64,000 nt of DNA from Vampirovibrionales bacterium (GTDB lineage Bacteria; Cyanobacteriota; Vampirovibrionia; Vampirovibrionales; Vampirovibrionaceae). Made by a program: the position numbers and the translations under genes. Shown here one piece after another: positions 1 to 9,904 of this stretch (the stretch's first letter is position 1; each line of letters begins with the position of its first letter). Below the pieces are notes generated by a model that saw nothing but the letters and a program-made list of their open reading frames with translations, had not been told where the DNA came from and did no database searches. Where the stretch lies: positions 20,152 through 84,151 of the forward strand of contig JAYKHP010000023.1 of assembly GCA_035285165.1 (NCBI GenBank), in the 5' to 3' direction.

Positions 1-455
1 TCTTTTTCAATGATGTTAGCCTTATTGACTTTAAGTGCAACTAAGGCAATCTCATCAGACGAGAAAGGCTTATGGGTGTCTAGTTCGGCCACCGTCAACA
101 TTTTAGTCCTGACCCGGCGCTTAAATGAAGGCGTCTGCTCAATCGTCTTAAGGACAATCCCTGTGACGAGCGGCTCTTCTAAAAGCCGTTGAAACACCTG
201 TTGAAATATCGCGCTATCGTCTCTGATAGGGGTAAGCTGTCCGCTTCGTATAAGATCCAGGTAGCTTTCCAGCTCGCTTATGAAGCGGTAATCATGGCGA
301 GCATTATGGCGAGAATTGGAAACCGGTTGTTGAAAGCGGTCGCTGCCTGAGGATGCCTGATGATGTGCTGAAAACAGCAACGGACGCTTGAAGTTTGTTC
401 GAGATGGCTCGACGTAGGCGCGACTAAAGGCGCTATGGTTTGTAAAACCAATCAT
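1..455 (-). CDS. hypothetical protein, partial (N-terminal 151 codons; continues past window start)
   Basis: Hand translation of the minus strand from ATG at 455-453 (MIGFTNHSAFSRAYVEPSRTNFKRPLL...ALVALKVNKANIIEK) stays open to position 3. It is missing from the ORF track only because no stop lies in the window. No motif recognised. Confidence 0.4.
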   Translation of the reverse strand, partial: MIGFTNHSAFSRAYVEPSRTNFKRPLLFSAHHQASSGSDRFQQPVSNSRHNARHDYRFISELESYLDLIRSGQLTPIRDDSAIFQQVFQRLLEEPLVTGIVLKTIEQTPSFKRRVRTKMLTVAELDTHKPFSSDEIALVALKVNKANIIEK

Positions 456-603
456 GATTGGTTCTTTCTTCCTCAATAGACTGGTTGAACGCCAGTTTGG
501 ACATAACCCACTGAAGTATTGCTGACAATAATCATTAGAACTGGAAATAATAATTAGAAAATGTCGCTGAAGATGTGAAATTGCTTGTCAGATGAGGGGC
601 TGC

Positions 604-1074
604 TTAACGTTTTTGAGCAAAAAAACCTTTGAGCTCCTGTTGGCAAGCGTCTTCCATCAATCCCCCGGTAATAGTCACGCTGGAAGAAGGCATCAATAAG
701 CCGTGTTTTGACCCGCAAGCACCCGCAACCGGGTCATAAGCGCCAAACACCACGCGGGAGACGCGGCTCTGAACGATGGCAGACGCGCACATTGGGCAGG
801 GTTCAAGCGTGACATAGAGCGTGCAGCCATTCAGGCGCCAGTCTCCAAGCTTTTCTCCCGCCGCCTGCAAGACCAGTATTTCCGCATGGCCCACCGGGTT
901 GTAATCCCGTTCGCGCTGGTTATGGTTTTGGGCAATCACTTTGCCGTCCTTAACCAGAATCGCCCCCACGGGGACATCCACCGGTAGGGCCAGCCGCGCC
1001 TCGTCAAGGGCCATGTTCATAAAGTCATGATCACTGGGGGCGTGGTAATGAATGACATTCGACATAGGGAACAC
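604..1074 (-). CDS. tadA: tRNA-specific adenosine deaminase (CMP/dCMP-type zinc deaminase)
   Basis: 156-aa ORF with the deaminase zinc signature GHAEILVL ... TLEPCPMCASAI (H-A-E and P-C-x2-C). Size is typical of TadA. Confidence 0.9.
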   Translation of the reverse strand: MFPMSNVIHYHAPSDHDFMNMALDEARLALPVDVPVGAILVKDGKVIAQNHNQRERDYNPVGHAEILVLQAAGEKLGDWRLNGCTLYVTLEPCPMCASAIVQSRVSRVVFGAYDPVAGACGSKHGLLMPSSSVTITGGLMEDACQQELKGFFAQKR

Positions 1075-1354
1075 CGGGAAACATTAAGAGGCTGATAGTA
1101 TCGGGCAATGAATGCTTGTTCAAATAGCAATGAGTAGCTTGATTTTTATCGCGTTTAATCCGGTTTTATCCATTGCTGGTAGGATTTTTGCCCACTTTTC
1201 TTGCATTCTCTTTAAAAATCACTACGATGACAATAGAAGGCCCAATGACCCAGTGCAAAAACTGCCCATTGAAAAACTGCCCGTTAAAAAAACTGAATGA
1301 ACGACAACAGCAGCCTCTTCGATAGACACCCTTTTATGAAGAAAAGGACAGCGC

Positions 1355-2077
1355 ATGACATTGCGTCATCTGCCATCGCAAGCCCAGAGCCAGAATCCAT
1401 TTCAACAAGCAGCCCTCTTCAGAACCACGACTGTCGCTTCTCCGCGACAGAATGCTCCGCAAGTACTCTTGGGACAGAACCATAGCGTGGGTGACCACTT
1501 TGAACGCCAGCAGGGTTTGGATGGCTTGCCAGACTTAATACCAGGCTTAATAAATTCGGCGCAAGCACAAGGGACTCGGGATGATTCCACCGACGGCCTG
1601 TTGCAGGCGCTTTCAACCCCGGCCCGAAAACGGGACGCCATCCCGCTATTGGCTCAAGCAAGAGTTGACGATAATGGCCTTTTAGCAACCGATAAGCCCA
1701 GAGCAGACAAGATTACGGCAATGTATAGAGACAGAGATAGAGTTAGAGATACAAGACAGCTCAGGCCTGCCGAGCAACCCGTGTTTTCCGCTGGTCAGCG
1801 AGAACCGTTGCCGCCGTCTTATGGGAATAATATGTCCCCGACACAAACCCTTTCCTGGCTTTCAAGGGCCAAGGAGGTTATTCTCGATTTATTTTTTGAA
1901 CCGGTGCCGATGGCCACGCTGACCCAGGGGGCTGGCGCCGCTTTTAATGGATCTCACTCTGGGGAAGCGCAAAGCGTTATTGTTAGCGCTAAATCCGACA
2001 AGCAGAAGCCAATCGGCCTTGCCCAACTCACCCGCTATACGTTTGTGAGCGGTGTGAACAGCTCCAGATCTGAATGA
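1355..2077 (+). CDS. hypothetical protein (P/Q/R/D-rich, no motif recognised)
   Basis: 240-aa ORF. The start is uncertain because an alternative ORF (1297-1485) overlaps in another frame. No catalytic or structural signature seen. Confidence 0.35.
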   Translation: MTLRHLPSQAQSQNPFQQAALFRTTTVASPRQNAPQVLLGQNHSVGDHFERQQGLDGLPDLIPGLINSAQAQGTRDDSTDGLLQALSTPARKRDAIPLLAQARVDDNGLLATDKPRADKITAMYRDRDRVRDTRQLRPAEQPVFSAGQREPLPPSYGNNMSPTQTLSWLSRAKEVILDLFFEPVPMATLTQGAGAAFNGSHSGEAQSVIVSAKSDKQKPIGLAQLTRYTFVSGVNSSRSE

Positions 2078-2086
2078 AATTTTGCC

Positions 2087-2785
2087 CTAGGCCACTTTAT
2101 TAAGCCTAAGAGCATACGGCTTGAGTCTGATTTGTACAGGGGTAAAAGGGATATTTTTGACACCGATACTCACCGTGTCGCCGAGTTTGACAAAACCGGC
2201 TGATGGGTACTGATAGTGATGGTTCACCCAGAGGCAATCGGGTTCAGTCGTAATCGTTTGGTTTCCTCTCAATCCTGGAACGATACTGGTTTCCCCTTCG
2301 GCATTTTTAATGACTTCCAAAAAGAATTGCTCATTTTCTTTTTTGAGTCTGAAAAGAGGTTTCGATTGAAGAAGACTACTCCAGTCCGATCCATTGCCCC
2401 TGCTTTTTAACGCCAAAATTGATTCTGGAATTCTGATATCCACATCCCCAACTTTTCGTCGCGACCTCTGTGAACGTGTTCCAACGGTAATTATTTCACC
2501 ATCAGACATACCATTGATGCGATTTTGAAGTTCTCTCCGCCAAGTGGTAACGGCATTCTGTACATCTTGTTCTGGATTGTTACCGGTACGTCTGCCGGTA
2601 AATCTGATGGACTGAGCATTCTGAAAAAAGTCAGTTGAACGCGAGTAAGGGTGCTGAGAAGTTGCTTTTCCCGAATTTAAGCTGGAATTTAAAGAAGAAC
2701 CATAGGGTAAAAAAGCCTGCCCAAAGGCGGTATGTGAAAACATGTGGAGATCCTGCATAGTTTGCTTTAATTTTTTGAAACCCAA
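2087..2785 (-). CDS. hypothetical protein
   Basis: 232-aa ORF convergent with 1355-2077 (9-bp gap). No motif recognised. Confidence 0.45.
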   Translation of the reverse strand: MGFKKLKQTMQDLHMFSHTAFGQAFLPYGSSLNSSLNSGKATSQHPYSRSTDFFQNAQSIRFTGRRTGNNPEQDVQNAVTTWRRELQNRINGMSDGEIITVGTRSQRSRRKVGDVDIRIPESILALKSRGNGSDWSSLLQSKPLFRLKKENEQFFLEVIKNAEGETSIVPGLRGNQTITTEPDCLWVNHHYQYPSAGFVKLGDTVSIGVKNIPFTPVQIRLKPYALRLNKVA

Positions 2786-2923
2786 AAGCTCTGAATGGCA
2801 TAATATAAAACGAAAAATACCACCAATTGCCTGTTTGGGTCAAAGGGTGGCGCTAGTTTCTGAATAAGAAATTTTTAAAGCCTGTTTAAGCTGACTTAAG
2901 CGTAAAGCAGGAAGCAAGGACAG

Positions 2924-3463
2924 CTAGCTGGCTTGCGGCTCCTCATCACCGGCATAGCCGAACATGTATTTCTTCCACTGCTCAAAATCAATCTTGTTGC
3001 TGTGGTGGTGTTTGGACACTTCAAAATGGATAAAGTAACTGGGCCGACATGGCTTGTTGCGAAGTGGCATGTCCGCCTCTTTGGGTGTTCGGTTGCTTTT
3101 TGAAATGTTGCAGCGAAGACAGGCCGCCACCACGTTGTCCCACGTGTCTTTCCCGCCCCGAGAACGAGGCAGAACGTGATCAATGGTAAGTTCGGACTTC
3201 TTGCCGCAATACTGGCAACTGTACTTGTCGCGGTGCATGATGTTGCGGCGCGTCAGCGGGATGTCCTTGTGGGGAATCTTGACGTAATATAACAAGCGAA
3301 TCACCAAGGGCAACGGTGTTTCGGCCCCTTCCCCCGTGTGGAGCATCTTGCCGTTTCGCTCGACCGTTTCGGCCTTGCCTTTTAAGACTAAAACAACAGC
3401 TCTCTTCCAACTGCAAATGTTGAGTGGTTCATACGAAGAGTTCAACAGCAGAACCTGGCGCAA
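2924..3463 (-). CDS. HNH endonuclease family protein
   Basis: 179 aa with an HNH/McrA-type core: CQYCGKKSELTIDHVLPRSRGGKDTWDNVVAACLRCNISK (paired Cys plus H..N..H/N residues). Confidence 0.8.
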   Translation of the reverse strand: MRQVLLLNSSYEPLNICSWKRAVVLVLKGKAETVERNGKMLHTGEGAETPLPLVIRLLYYVKIPHKDIPLTRRNIMHRDKYSCQYCGKKSELTIDHVLPRSRGGKDTWDNVVAACLRCNISKSNRTPKEADMPLRNKPCRPSYFIHFEVSKHHHSNKIDFEQWKKYMFGYAGDEEPQAS

Positions 3464-3853
3464 AACGGATTCCTCTTTTATTGGCGTTCCGGTTTAATCG
3501 GGTGTCTGAGCGGTTTTTAAACGGATGAAACTCGGCTAAGGCTTGTTGTCACAATTAAAACAACGATTTTCTATCTTCATCTTACCCTGTGTTCCGCCTT
3601 CTGTCTATCGTTGCGCCGGTGGAAAAGATTTAATTGTAAATGATTGTAACTAAAATGGGGCCTTTCTGCTGTGTGGGCAGAACAAGCACTTTTGAAAATG
3701 ACCCACTACCAGCCTGTCTATGCGTTTGACTTTGCCGCTGCCTTTGGCATAGGATGATATTCCTAGGTTTAGCGTACAGGCCACTGTGTCCAGGCCTTTA
3801 TTCACCTTTCCCATCGTATTCCCTTATCCGAGTAAGAGATTGGTACCTCCATT

Positions 3854-4216
3854 ATGGCAAAAGAAGATTTGGTCAAATATGTCGAGCAGCAGTACCTGAA
3901 GCAAAAGGAACTGCCCGAGCTGAATCCTGGTGATACCGTCAAGGTTTCCGTCCGCATCAAGGAAGGCAACAAGGAACGTATCCAGGCGTATGAAGGCGTC
4001 ATCATCAAGAAGGCTGGTGCTGGCATCTCCAAAACCATTACGGTTCGTCGTGTTTTCCAGGGCGTCGGCGTCGAGCGGGTCTTCCTGCTGCATTCTCCCA
4101 AAGTTGATGACATCAAGGTCATCCGTCGCGGGATGGTGCGTCGCGCCAAGCTTTACTATCTGCGCACCCGTACCGGCAAAGCCGCCAGAATCCGCGAAAA
4201 AATCACCCACGTGTAA
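3854..4216 (+). CDS. rplS: 50S ribosomal protein L19
   Basis: 120 aa. [27 protein letters not shown] ... [23 protein letters not shown] ... [10 protein letters not shown] is the classic L19 sequence. Confidence 0.96.
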   Translation: MAKEDLVKYVEQQYLKQKELPELNPGDTVKVSVRIKEGNKERIQAYEGVIIKKAGAGISKTITVRRVFQGVGVERVFLLHSPKVDDIKVIRRGMVRRAKLYYLRTRTGKAARIREKITHV

Positions 4217-4240
4217 TTTCGCTTCAAACATTTCAATCTA

Positions 4241-4278
4241 AAAGAACGGAGCGATTTGTCGCTTCGTTCTTTTTATTT
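4241..4278 (+). terminator. rho-independent terminator after rplS
   Basis: Stem AGAACGGAGCGA (4243-4254) pairs with TCGCTTCGTTCT (4259-4270, one G-U pair). Loop is TTTG, followed by TTTTATTT. Confidence 0.6.
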
Positions 4279-4294
4279 AGAGAAACAGCTTGCT

Positions 4295-5200
4295 ATGGAA
4301 AAACTTGGCGAACATCAGATTCAGTGGTATCCCGGCCACATTGCAAAGCATGAGCGCGAGCTTGGCAACCAGCTCAAGCTGGTGGATGTCGTCGTGGAAG
4401 TGCTGGATGCCCGGCTGCCCTCGACCACAACGAACAAGCGTCTGGAAGCCAAAATCAGGACGCGACCGACTGTCGTCGTCTTGAACAAGGCGGATTTGGC
4501 CGACGAGCAGGTGACCAGCCGTTGGCGGCAGCATCTGAAAAAAAGCGCTTCAAAAGTGATCTTGTATGAAACCAAAACGCCCCGATATCAGAAGAATCTT
4601 TTAAACGCGATTCTTGAGGCTGGGGAGGAAAAGCTCAAGCAGCTTGAAGCCAAAGGCTTAAAGAGGCGCCCGCTTCGCGTGCTGGTGGTGGGTATGCCCA
4701 ACGTGGGCAAGTCCAGCCTGATTAATCATATTGTGGGCAAAAAGAAAACCAAGACCGGCCACAAGGCGGGCGTTACCCGAACGCACCAATGGGTGCGGAT
4801 CCATCCCGGAATCGAGTTACTGGATTCTCCCGGCATCATTCCGCCCAGTCTGGAATCGAACGATGCCGGTAATCTGCTGGCCATCGTCAGCTCCATCGGG
4901 GAGGCCGCCTTTGACGATGAAGAGGTGGCTAAATTCCTGCTAAACAGGCTTGAAGCGCTTTACCCTAAAAAGCTTGCCGAATGCTATAAGCTCTCAGCAG
5001 AGATTGAAACCAATTTGGCAAGCATTGCAAGCGCAAGAAATTTTCAGACCCTTGGCGCCGAACCGGATACCTTGCGCGCCGCGCAGACATTGCTAGCCGA
5101 ATTTCGCCACGGCAAGCTCGGCAAGCTTTCGCTCGAATGTCCTGAATTGACTATTGAAAAAGCGGCAGCGTCACCAAATGATGAGACTACCGCTGAATAG
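4295..5200 (+). CDS. rbgA: ribosome biogenesis GTPase A (YlqF/RbgA, circularly permuted GTPase)
   Basis: QWYPGHIAK is present, with NKAD (G4) preceding GMPNVGKSS (G1) and DSPG (G3). The ORF track starts at TTG 4256, which lies inside the rplS terminator hairpin, so ATG 4295 (MEKLGEH...) is preferred. Confidence 0.9.
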   Translation: MEKLGEHQIQWYPGHIAKHERELGNQLKLVDVVVEVLDARLPSTTTNKRLEAKIRTRPTVVVLNKADLADEQVTSRWRQHLKKSASKVILYETKTPRYQKNLLNAILEAGEEKLKQLEAKGLKRRPLRVLVVGMPNVGKSSLINHIVGKKKTKTGHKAGVTRTHQWVRIHPGIELLDSPGIIPPSLESNDAGNLLAIVSSIGEAAFDDEEVAKFLLNRLEALYPKKLAECYKLSAEIETNLASIASARNFQTLGAEPDTLRAAQTLLAEFRHGKLGKLSLECPELTIEKAAASPNDETTAE

Positions 5201-5215
5201 TTGATTCTGTTCAAT

Positions 5216-6643
5216 TTAGCGCTGGCTGGAAACAGGCTCGGGAGCAAGAAGCTCAGCGTTTAAAAGGGGGGCGTGTGTTTGGGGCTGTTTGCCTTTCCTG
5301 CGCTGGTAAGCCTTGAACCAATCGACAATGCCACGGGCCAGCTGCTTTGGGTTGTGGCGAATCACCTGCGTGGACAGGTTATCGGTGGGGGCATCCACCA
5401 AGGGTTTGGTTACCACCTCAATGCCCATTGCGTTGCAGCGCTCCGTATCAATGACAACCGGCTCATAGCCCGCCATATGATAACGATCCACCAATTCCTG
5501 CGGTAGGCTGCTGTTGACGATAACCGCGCTAATCACCGAGTCGAATCCCGCGTGATCAATAATGCTCTGGATGTGATCCCCAACGCTGAAGCCATCGGTT
5601 TCACCCGGTTGGGTCATCACGTTTGCCACATACACTTTTGGGGCTTTGCTCTTGGCGATTGAAGCGGAAATCTCGCGCAGGAGCAGGTTGGGAATGACAC
5701 TGGTATAAAGACTGCCAGGCCCGAGAATAATCAGTTCGGCCTGCTCAATGGCCTTGATGACTTCAGGCAGCGGGGTGGGGTGTTCCGGGTTGCTCATCAG
5801 GCGCTTGATTTTACCTTTGGCGTTTGGAATATTCGATTCCCCTTCGACAATTTCACCGCTGTCCATCTCGGCCACAAGTTTCATGTTATCCAGTGTTGAA
5901 GGCAGCACCCGGCCCCGGATATTTAATACCTTTGAGGACTCCTTGATGGCGCTCATCATATCGCCGGTAATACGACACATGGCCGTTAAGAATAAATTGC
6001 CAAAGCTGTGGCCCTCAAGCCCCGTCCCGGTTTTAAAACGATATTGGAAAAGCTCGGTAATCAGTTTTTCCTCATTGGCCAGGGCCGCAATGCAATTTCG
6101 GATATCGCCCGGCGGGATAATGCCTTGCTCTTCCCTTAAACGACCTGAACTGCCGCCGTCATCGCCCACGGTGACCACGGCAACAACATTGCTGGTGTAA
6201 TTCTTGATGCCCCTTAGCAGGGTCGATAGACCTGTTCCGCCGCCAATGGCAACAATTCTGGGGCCGTTCAACAGTTTGCTCCTGCGATAAATCGCTTCTA
6301 AAATTGATGCCTCGGAACCTTCAAGCTCCATGGCGTTAAAAACGGTGCCGGAAACTTTTTTTGCGCCAAAGTAAGCGAGGATCGCTCCAGCCACCACCAT
6401 AATGGGCCCACTGATATGATTCGGCACATGGACGGCCATTGCCTTCAAGATGTCAATGACAAAGGATACCGGCTGTAAGCCCAGGGCCAGCGTCAATCCA
6501 AACACCAGCAGGAAAACACCTACGATGGAAATAATGACCCAGCGCTTGATGGAAAGGCCGGGAATCAGCCAGGTGGCTTCACGACGAATATTGGGCAGTT
6601 TCAAAAGGAACGCTCCTTGGTAACAAGTGGATTGCGTTGGCAA
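5216..6643 (-). CDS. YvcK/CofD-like (UPF0052) family protein with N-terminal membrane anchor
   Basis: IVAIGGGTGLSTLLRGIK ... VTVGDDGGSSGRLR ... PPGDIRNCIAAL ... GPGSLYTSVIPNLL. The N-terminal ~110 aa contain 2-3 hydrophobic helices. Confidence 0.85.
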   Translation of the reverse strand: MPTQSTCYQGAFLLKLPNIRREATWLIPGLSIKRWVIISIVGVFLLVFGLTLALGLQPVSFVIDILKAMAVHVPNHISGPIMVVAGAILAYFGAKKVSGTVFNAMELEGSEASILEAIYRRSKLLNGPRIVAIGGGTGLSTLLRGIKNYTSNVVAVVTVGDDGGSSGRLREEQGIIPPGDIRNCIAALANEEKLITELFQYRFKTGTGLEGHSFGNLFLTAMCRITGDMMSAIKESSKVLNIRGRVLPSTLDNMKLVAEMDSGEIVEGESNIPNAKGKIKRLMSNPEHPTPLPEVIKAIEQAELIILGPGSLYTSVIPNLLLREISASIAKSKAPKVYVANVMTQPGETDGFSVGDHIQSIIDHAGFDSVISAVIVNSSLPQELVDRYHMAGYEPVVIDTERCNAMGIEVVTKPLVDAPTDNLSTQVIRHNPKQLARGIVDWFKAYQRRKGKQPQTHAPLLNAELLAPEPVSSQR

Positions 6644-7046
6644 TAACGCGCTGGAAACAACGACCTACTACTGGACAAGAGGACGGCAAGCATGGGAGGA
6701 CTATATGCTGGGATCTCGCCGGAAAAAATCGGTTAGTCGCTAGGATCAGCTTCTTTTGAGGGGTTAAAGGAGAAAAAGCTGATGAGCTCGGCTTGCAAAT
6801 GCTTTACATATCAATATTATACGGGGCGAAGCGACTTTTGAGATCCCTTGGACGGTCGTTTTTGGCAGACGTGTTTTGATAGGGTACACCCGGCCTTGCT
6901 TGGCCAACATTGCAGGGGAACAGGAGACCGCTTTGGGGTAAAGACTCCGGGTGGGGTCTTTTAGCCTGATTGGAAACTTGTCCAAGCAAATAAAGACCCT
7001 GAAAGCGTCGGGTTGACTTTTTGTAAAGCCCTGGTAATAAAAAAAA

Positions 7047-7922
7047 TTAGCTCAGCCAGCCCGACGCGCCGATATCCGTCAGGTTGCTGGCCACCGGTTG
7101 GCCCATCACGTTGCAAAGGCGCTCAGCCAGTTGCTGTGGTTGCTGAATCAGCGGGCTAATATGCATCGAGCGGTACTTCATCTCCACCGTTTTGCCTTGG
7201 GCCGTGGTCAGGCTGCCTTGCTGGATAAGCTGGCGCCCCTGCTCAAAAATACCCTGCGGGGGAAGGGAAACGCCGGTTTCTTTCATCGACTGCTCGTCCA
7301 TCTGGCCGTTGGCGTTATATCGCTTGCCAAGATAAATTTCAGGCGCGGTGCGAATCCCGGTCTTGGTGGCCACTTCCTCCAGAATCGAACCAGCCGGGGC
7401 CATCAGGATAAGCCAGGGGTCGATTTTATAAATGGTTTCGGCAATGCAGAGTGCGGTTTCCTTGTTGTTGAGAAAGGCCGCATATAGGGCGCCGTGTGGG
7501 CGCACATGCTCAACCGTGGTCATGTTGACCTTGGCAAGAGCGGTAAAAGTGCCCAGTTGCACGTGAATCCAGGCGGCAAGCTCTTCTTTGGAAATTTCCA
7601 TAACCTGATAGCCTGAGGTGTTGGGATCGGGGTAGCCGATGTGGGCCCCGATGGCGCAATGGTAGGTTCTGGCCTTGGCAATGGCTTCGATGACCTCTTT
7701 GGGGTCGCCATCATGCACGCAACAGGGAATATTTACCGAGCTGACATAATTGAGCAGTTGGTAATCGCTTTGTTCAAAGTAAGCCTTGTCGCGGCTTTGG
7801 CCGAAGTCCGTGTTGAGATCCACATAGCGCTTGAGCTGCGTGGGGTAAATGCTTTTTCTTGCGAGATCGGATGTCTTGGGCATAAAAGACCTTTGTTTTT
7901 TAATTAATAATATCTGGCTCAC
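7047..7922 (-). CDS. pxpA: LamB/YcsF family protein (5-oxoprolinase subunit A-like)
   Basis: VDLNTDFGQS (compare DLN-x-DLGE), IGAHIGYPD, and VRPHGALY. The start may instead be the internal Met at 7883. Confidence 0.8.
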   Translation of the reverse strand: MSQILLIKKQRSFMPKTSDLARKSIYPTQLKRYVDLNTDFGQSRDKAYFEQSDYQLLNYVSSVNIPCCVHDGDPKEVIEAIAKARTYHCAIGAHIGYPDPNTSGYQVMEISKEELAAWIHVQLGTFTALAKVNMTTVEHVRPHGALYAAFLNNKETALCIAETIYKIDPWLILMAPAGSILEEVATKTGIRTAPEIYLGKRYNANGQMDEQSMKETGVSLPPQGIFEQGRQLIQQGSLTTAQGKTVEMKYRSMHISPLIQQPQQLAERLCNVMGQPVASNLTDIGASGWLS

Positions 7923-7931
7923 ATTATCCTA

Positions 7932-9026
7932 TTAATATAGCGCGGGATAAATGCTAAGGCGAATATAACGAACAAACCACAGGAAAATACTGGTGGCAAG
8001 GACATCATAGGGCAGAGGCTCCAGCGACAGGTGTACTACCCAGTTTAGCCAGTTGCCGATTGGATCGGCGGTTCCCATAAACGGTGAGGTGACCAGCAGC
8101 ATTGACGTCAGGCCAATCAGACCAAGGCCGTGGGTAAAAGCCACACTCAGGATGCCTGCCGAGTACATAAACAACGTTTGTTTCCAGGGTTTTCGATGAT
8201 GGAACGCCCGACGCAAAAGCTGTCCGGCGTATACGGCACCTGCAATCATCGCTATCAGAAAAGGAAAGCCCGGCTGGTAAATGTAATTGAGGCCGCCACC
8301 GTTGGCAAAGACTGGCGCCAGGAAAAGGCCGACCAGAATATACGACAGGACGGAAACGCCGCCGAGGAAACTCCCTAAAAGCCCACCCATCAGCAGTGCC
8401 AGTGGCAGTTGAAAGTTATATTGAATGGGCAGACTCTCAAACCATTGCCCCTGTGGCACGTTGAACCAGCTTAATATCGTATTGAGCATATCCACCGACA
8501 GGTTGGGCAGCGGCATGTTCAAGTAGCCTTGCAGGGCCATAACCAGAGTGCCGCAAGTCATGACCAATAAGCTGTTGGGATGAACTTTAGGGGGCTTGGA
8601 GATGTTTTGAACCATCTCCTGTTCGCGCATTTTTTTAAGCCATGTTTGATGTGGGGGTTGATGGAGGGGGAAGTATAAGGCTGTAAGCCAGGCAAAAGGT
8701 TCAAACGGCTTCCTGTCAAGCCGTTGCAGGGGGATTGGAATGCTCGCTGCCTGTGCAGGCGCTTTGGCGACCACACTGTTTTTTGCCGGGACTTTCCCGG
8801 CGGACGAAGCCCCCGACTTTGCATACGGGGCCGTGGTGGGAACAGTTTTTTTCTCCAGCACATGCAAGGACGATTTTGGCGCATCGATCGCTATTTTGTC
8901 TGCACCCTTTTCAGCAGGTTTTTCAACAGGCGGCAAATTCACGTCGCATTTGCCAGGCGTGGCATCCTGTTTAATTTCAGGACTGCTCGCGGCAGGAGTG
9001 GAAGAATCAGGGGGTTGTGGAGACAT
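7932..9026 (-). CDS. bioY: BioY-like biotin transporter S-component with long low-complexity N-terminal extension
   Basis: The C-terminal ~210 aa are hydrophobic and BioY-like (LLMGGLLGSFLGGVSVLSYILVGLFLAPVFANGGGLNYIYQPGFPFLIAMI). The N-terminal ~150 aa are P/A/S/K-rich, so the true start is uncertain. Confidence 0.55.
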   Translation of the reverse strand: MSPQPPDSSTPAASSPEIKQDATPGKCDVNLPPVEKPAEKGADKIAIDAPKSSLHVLEKKTVPTTAPYAKSGASSAGKVPAKNSVVAKAPAQAASIPIPLQRLDRKPFEPFAWLTALYFPLHQPPHQTWLKKMREQEMVQNISKPPKVHPNSLLVMTCGTLVMALQGYLNMPLPNLSVDMLNTILSWFNVPQGQWFESLPIQYNFQLPLALLMGGLLGSFLGGVSVLSYILVGLFLAPVFANGGGLNYIYQPGFPFLIAMIAGAVYAGQLLRRAFHHRKPWKQTLFMYSAGILSVAFTHGLGLIGLTSMLLVTSPFMGTADPIGNWLNWVVHLSLEPLPYDVLATSIFLWFVRYIRLSIYPALY

Positions 9027-9101
9027 ATAAAAAAAATTGGTTTCTATTACTATTTGAAAGAACGTGAATAGGGGCGCGAACAGTGGCAGTCAGGACAGTG
9101 C

Positions 9102-9764
9102 TTATTCCCCAAATTGTCGGGGGAAAGCCCCCAGGCGATTGAGCAAGGCGGCCTTATTCTGATTATAAAGCGCTTGCTGCTCCCTGTCAGTCAAGTCGCC
9201 GCTGGTCATAATCAAGGCGTCTTCCTGGTTGTCCTGGTAATACTTGGGGCGCACCCCCACGCATTGCAGGCCGTACTTGTAATATAAATTCTGGGCCGCG
9301 TGATTACCGCTTCGCACTTCAAGCGTTGCCCAGTGAATCGAAAGCTTATAGCAATGCTCAATCATCTGCAGAAACATCACCTCGCCAAGCGCGTTGCCCC
9401 GATATTCGGGCGCGACGGCAACCGTCGTAATATGCGCTTCGTCAATCACATGCCAGAAACCACCGTAGCCAATCAGTTTTTCCGGTTTTGACGCATCGCT
9501 TGTCTCGTCGTTTATGGGGCTTAAAGGCATCAGCAGAGAGAAATATCGCCCAATGGCATTGTTCATCTCGGCCAGGAAGGAATCGGCCACCCAGTGATGG
9601 CGGCCAAAAGAAACCGACTCGATTTCCATGACATCGTCCACATCCTCGGGCCGCATGCGACGAATACGCAAGGCGCTGACATCCACTGTCTTTTTGGGAG
9701 GCAGCCGTTCGGGAGCGTTTTGGGTTGCAGTGGTTTCCGCTTGTTCCAAGGGTCTTATATCCAA
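9102..9764 (-). CDS. rimI: GNAT acetyltransferase, RimI-like (ribosomal-protein-alanine N-acetyltransferase)
   Basis: IRRMRPEDVDDVMEIESVSF at the N-terminal part and HITTVAVAPEYRGNALGEVM (acetyl-CoA binding R-G-x-x-x-G type motif). Confidence 0.75.
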   Translation of the reverse strand: MDIRPLEQAETTATQNAPERLPPKKTVDVSALRIRRMRPEDVDDVMEIESVSFGRHHWVADSFLAEMNNAIGRYFSLLMPLSPINDETSDASKPEKLIGYGGFWHVIDEAHITTVAVAPEYRGNALGEVMFLQMIEHCYKLSIHWATLEVRSGNHAAQNLYYKYGLQCVGVRPKYYQDNQEDALIMTSGDLTDREQQALYNQNKAALLNRLGAFPRQFGE

Positions 9765-9904
9765 TGTCCAAGGTGCGACTCAGGAATAAGGACACGCTTG
9801 CGTGAATCCCCATTCGTAAATCTTCATTCGCAAATCCCTATTTTAGCCTTAAAATAAGCTTAGCGCATAAAGATGTCTGAAATCATGGGTCTCCCTGATA
9901 CTAG

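Noticed and set aside
10-192. 60-aa plus-strand ORF at the window start, and many similar 60-150-aa ORFs listed antisense to or out of frame with long genes (for example 3802-4231, 8558-9071, 13217-13957, 33836-35398, 57097-57781).
   Set aside because: They lie entirely inside longer ORFs that carry strong family motifs on the other strand or frame. They have skewed R/P/S/G-rich compositions typical of out-of-frame translation and no motifs of their own.
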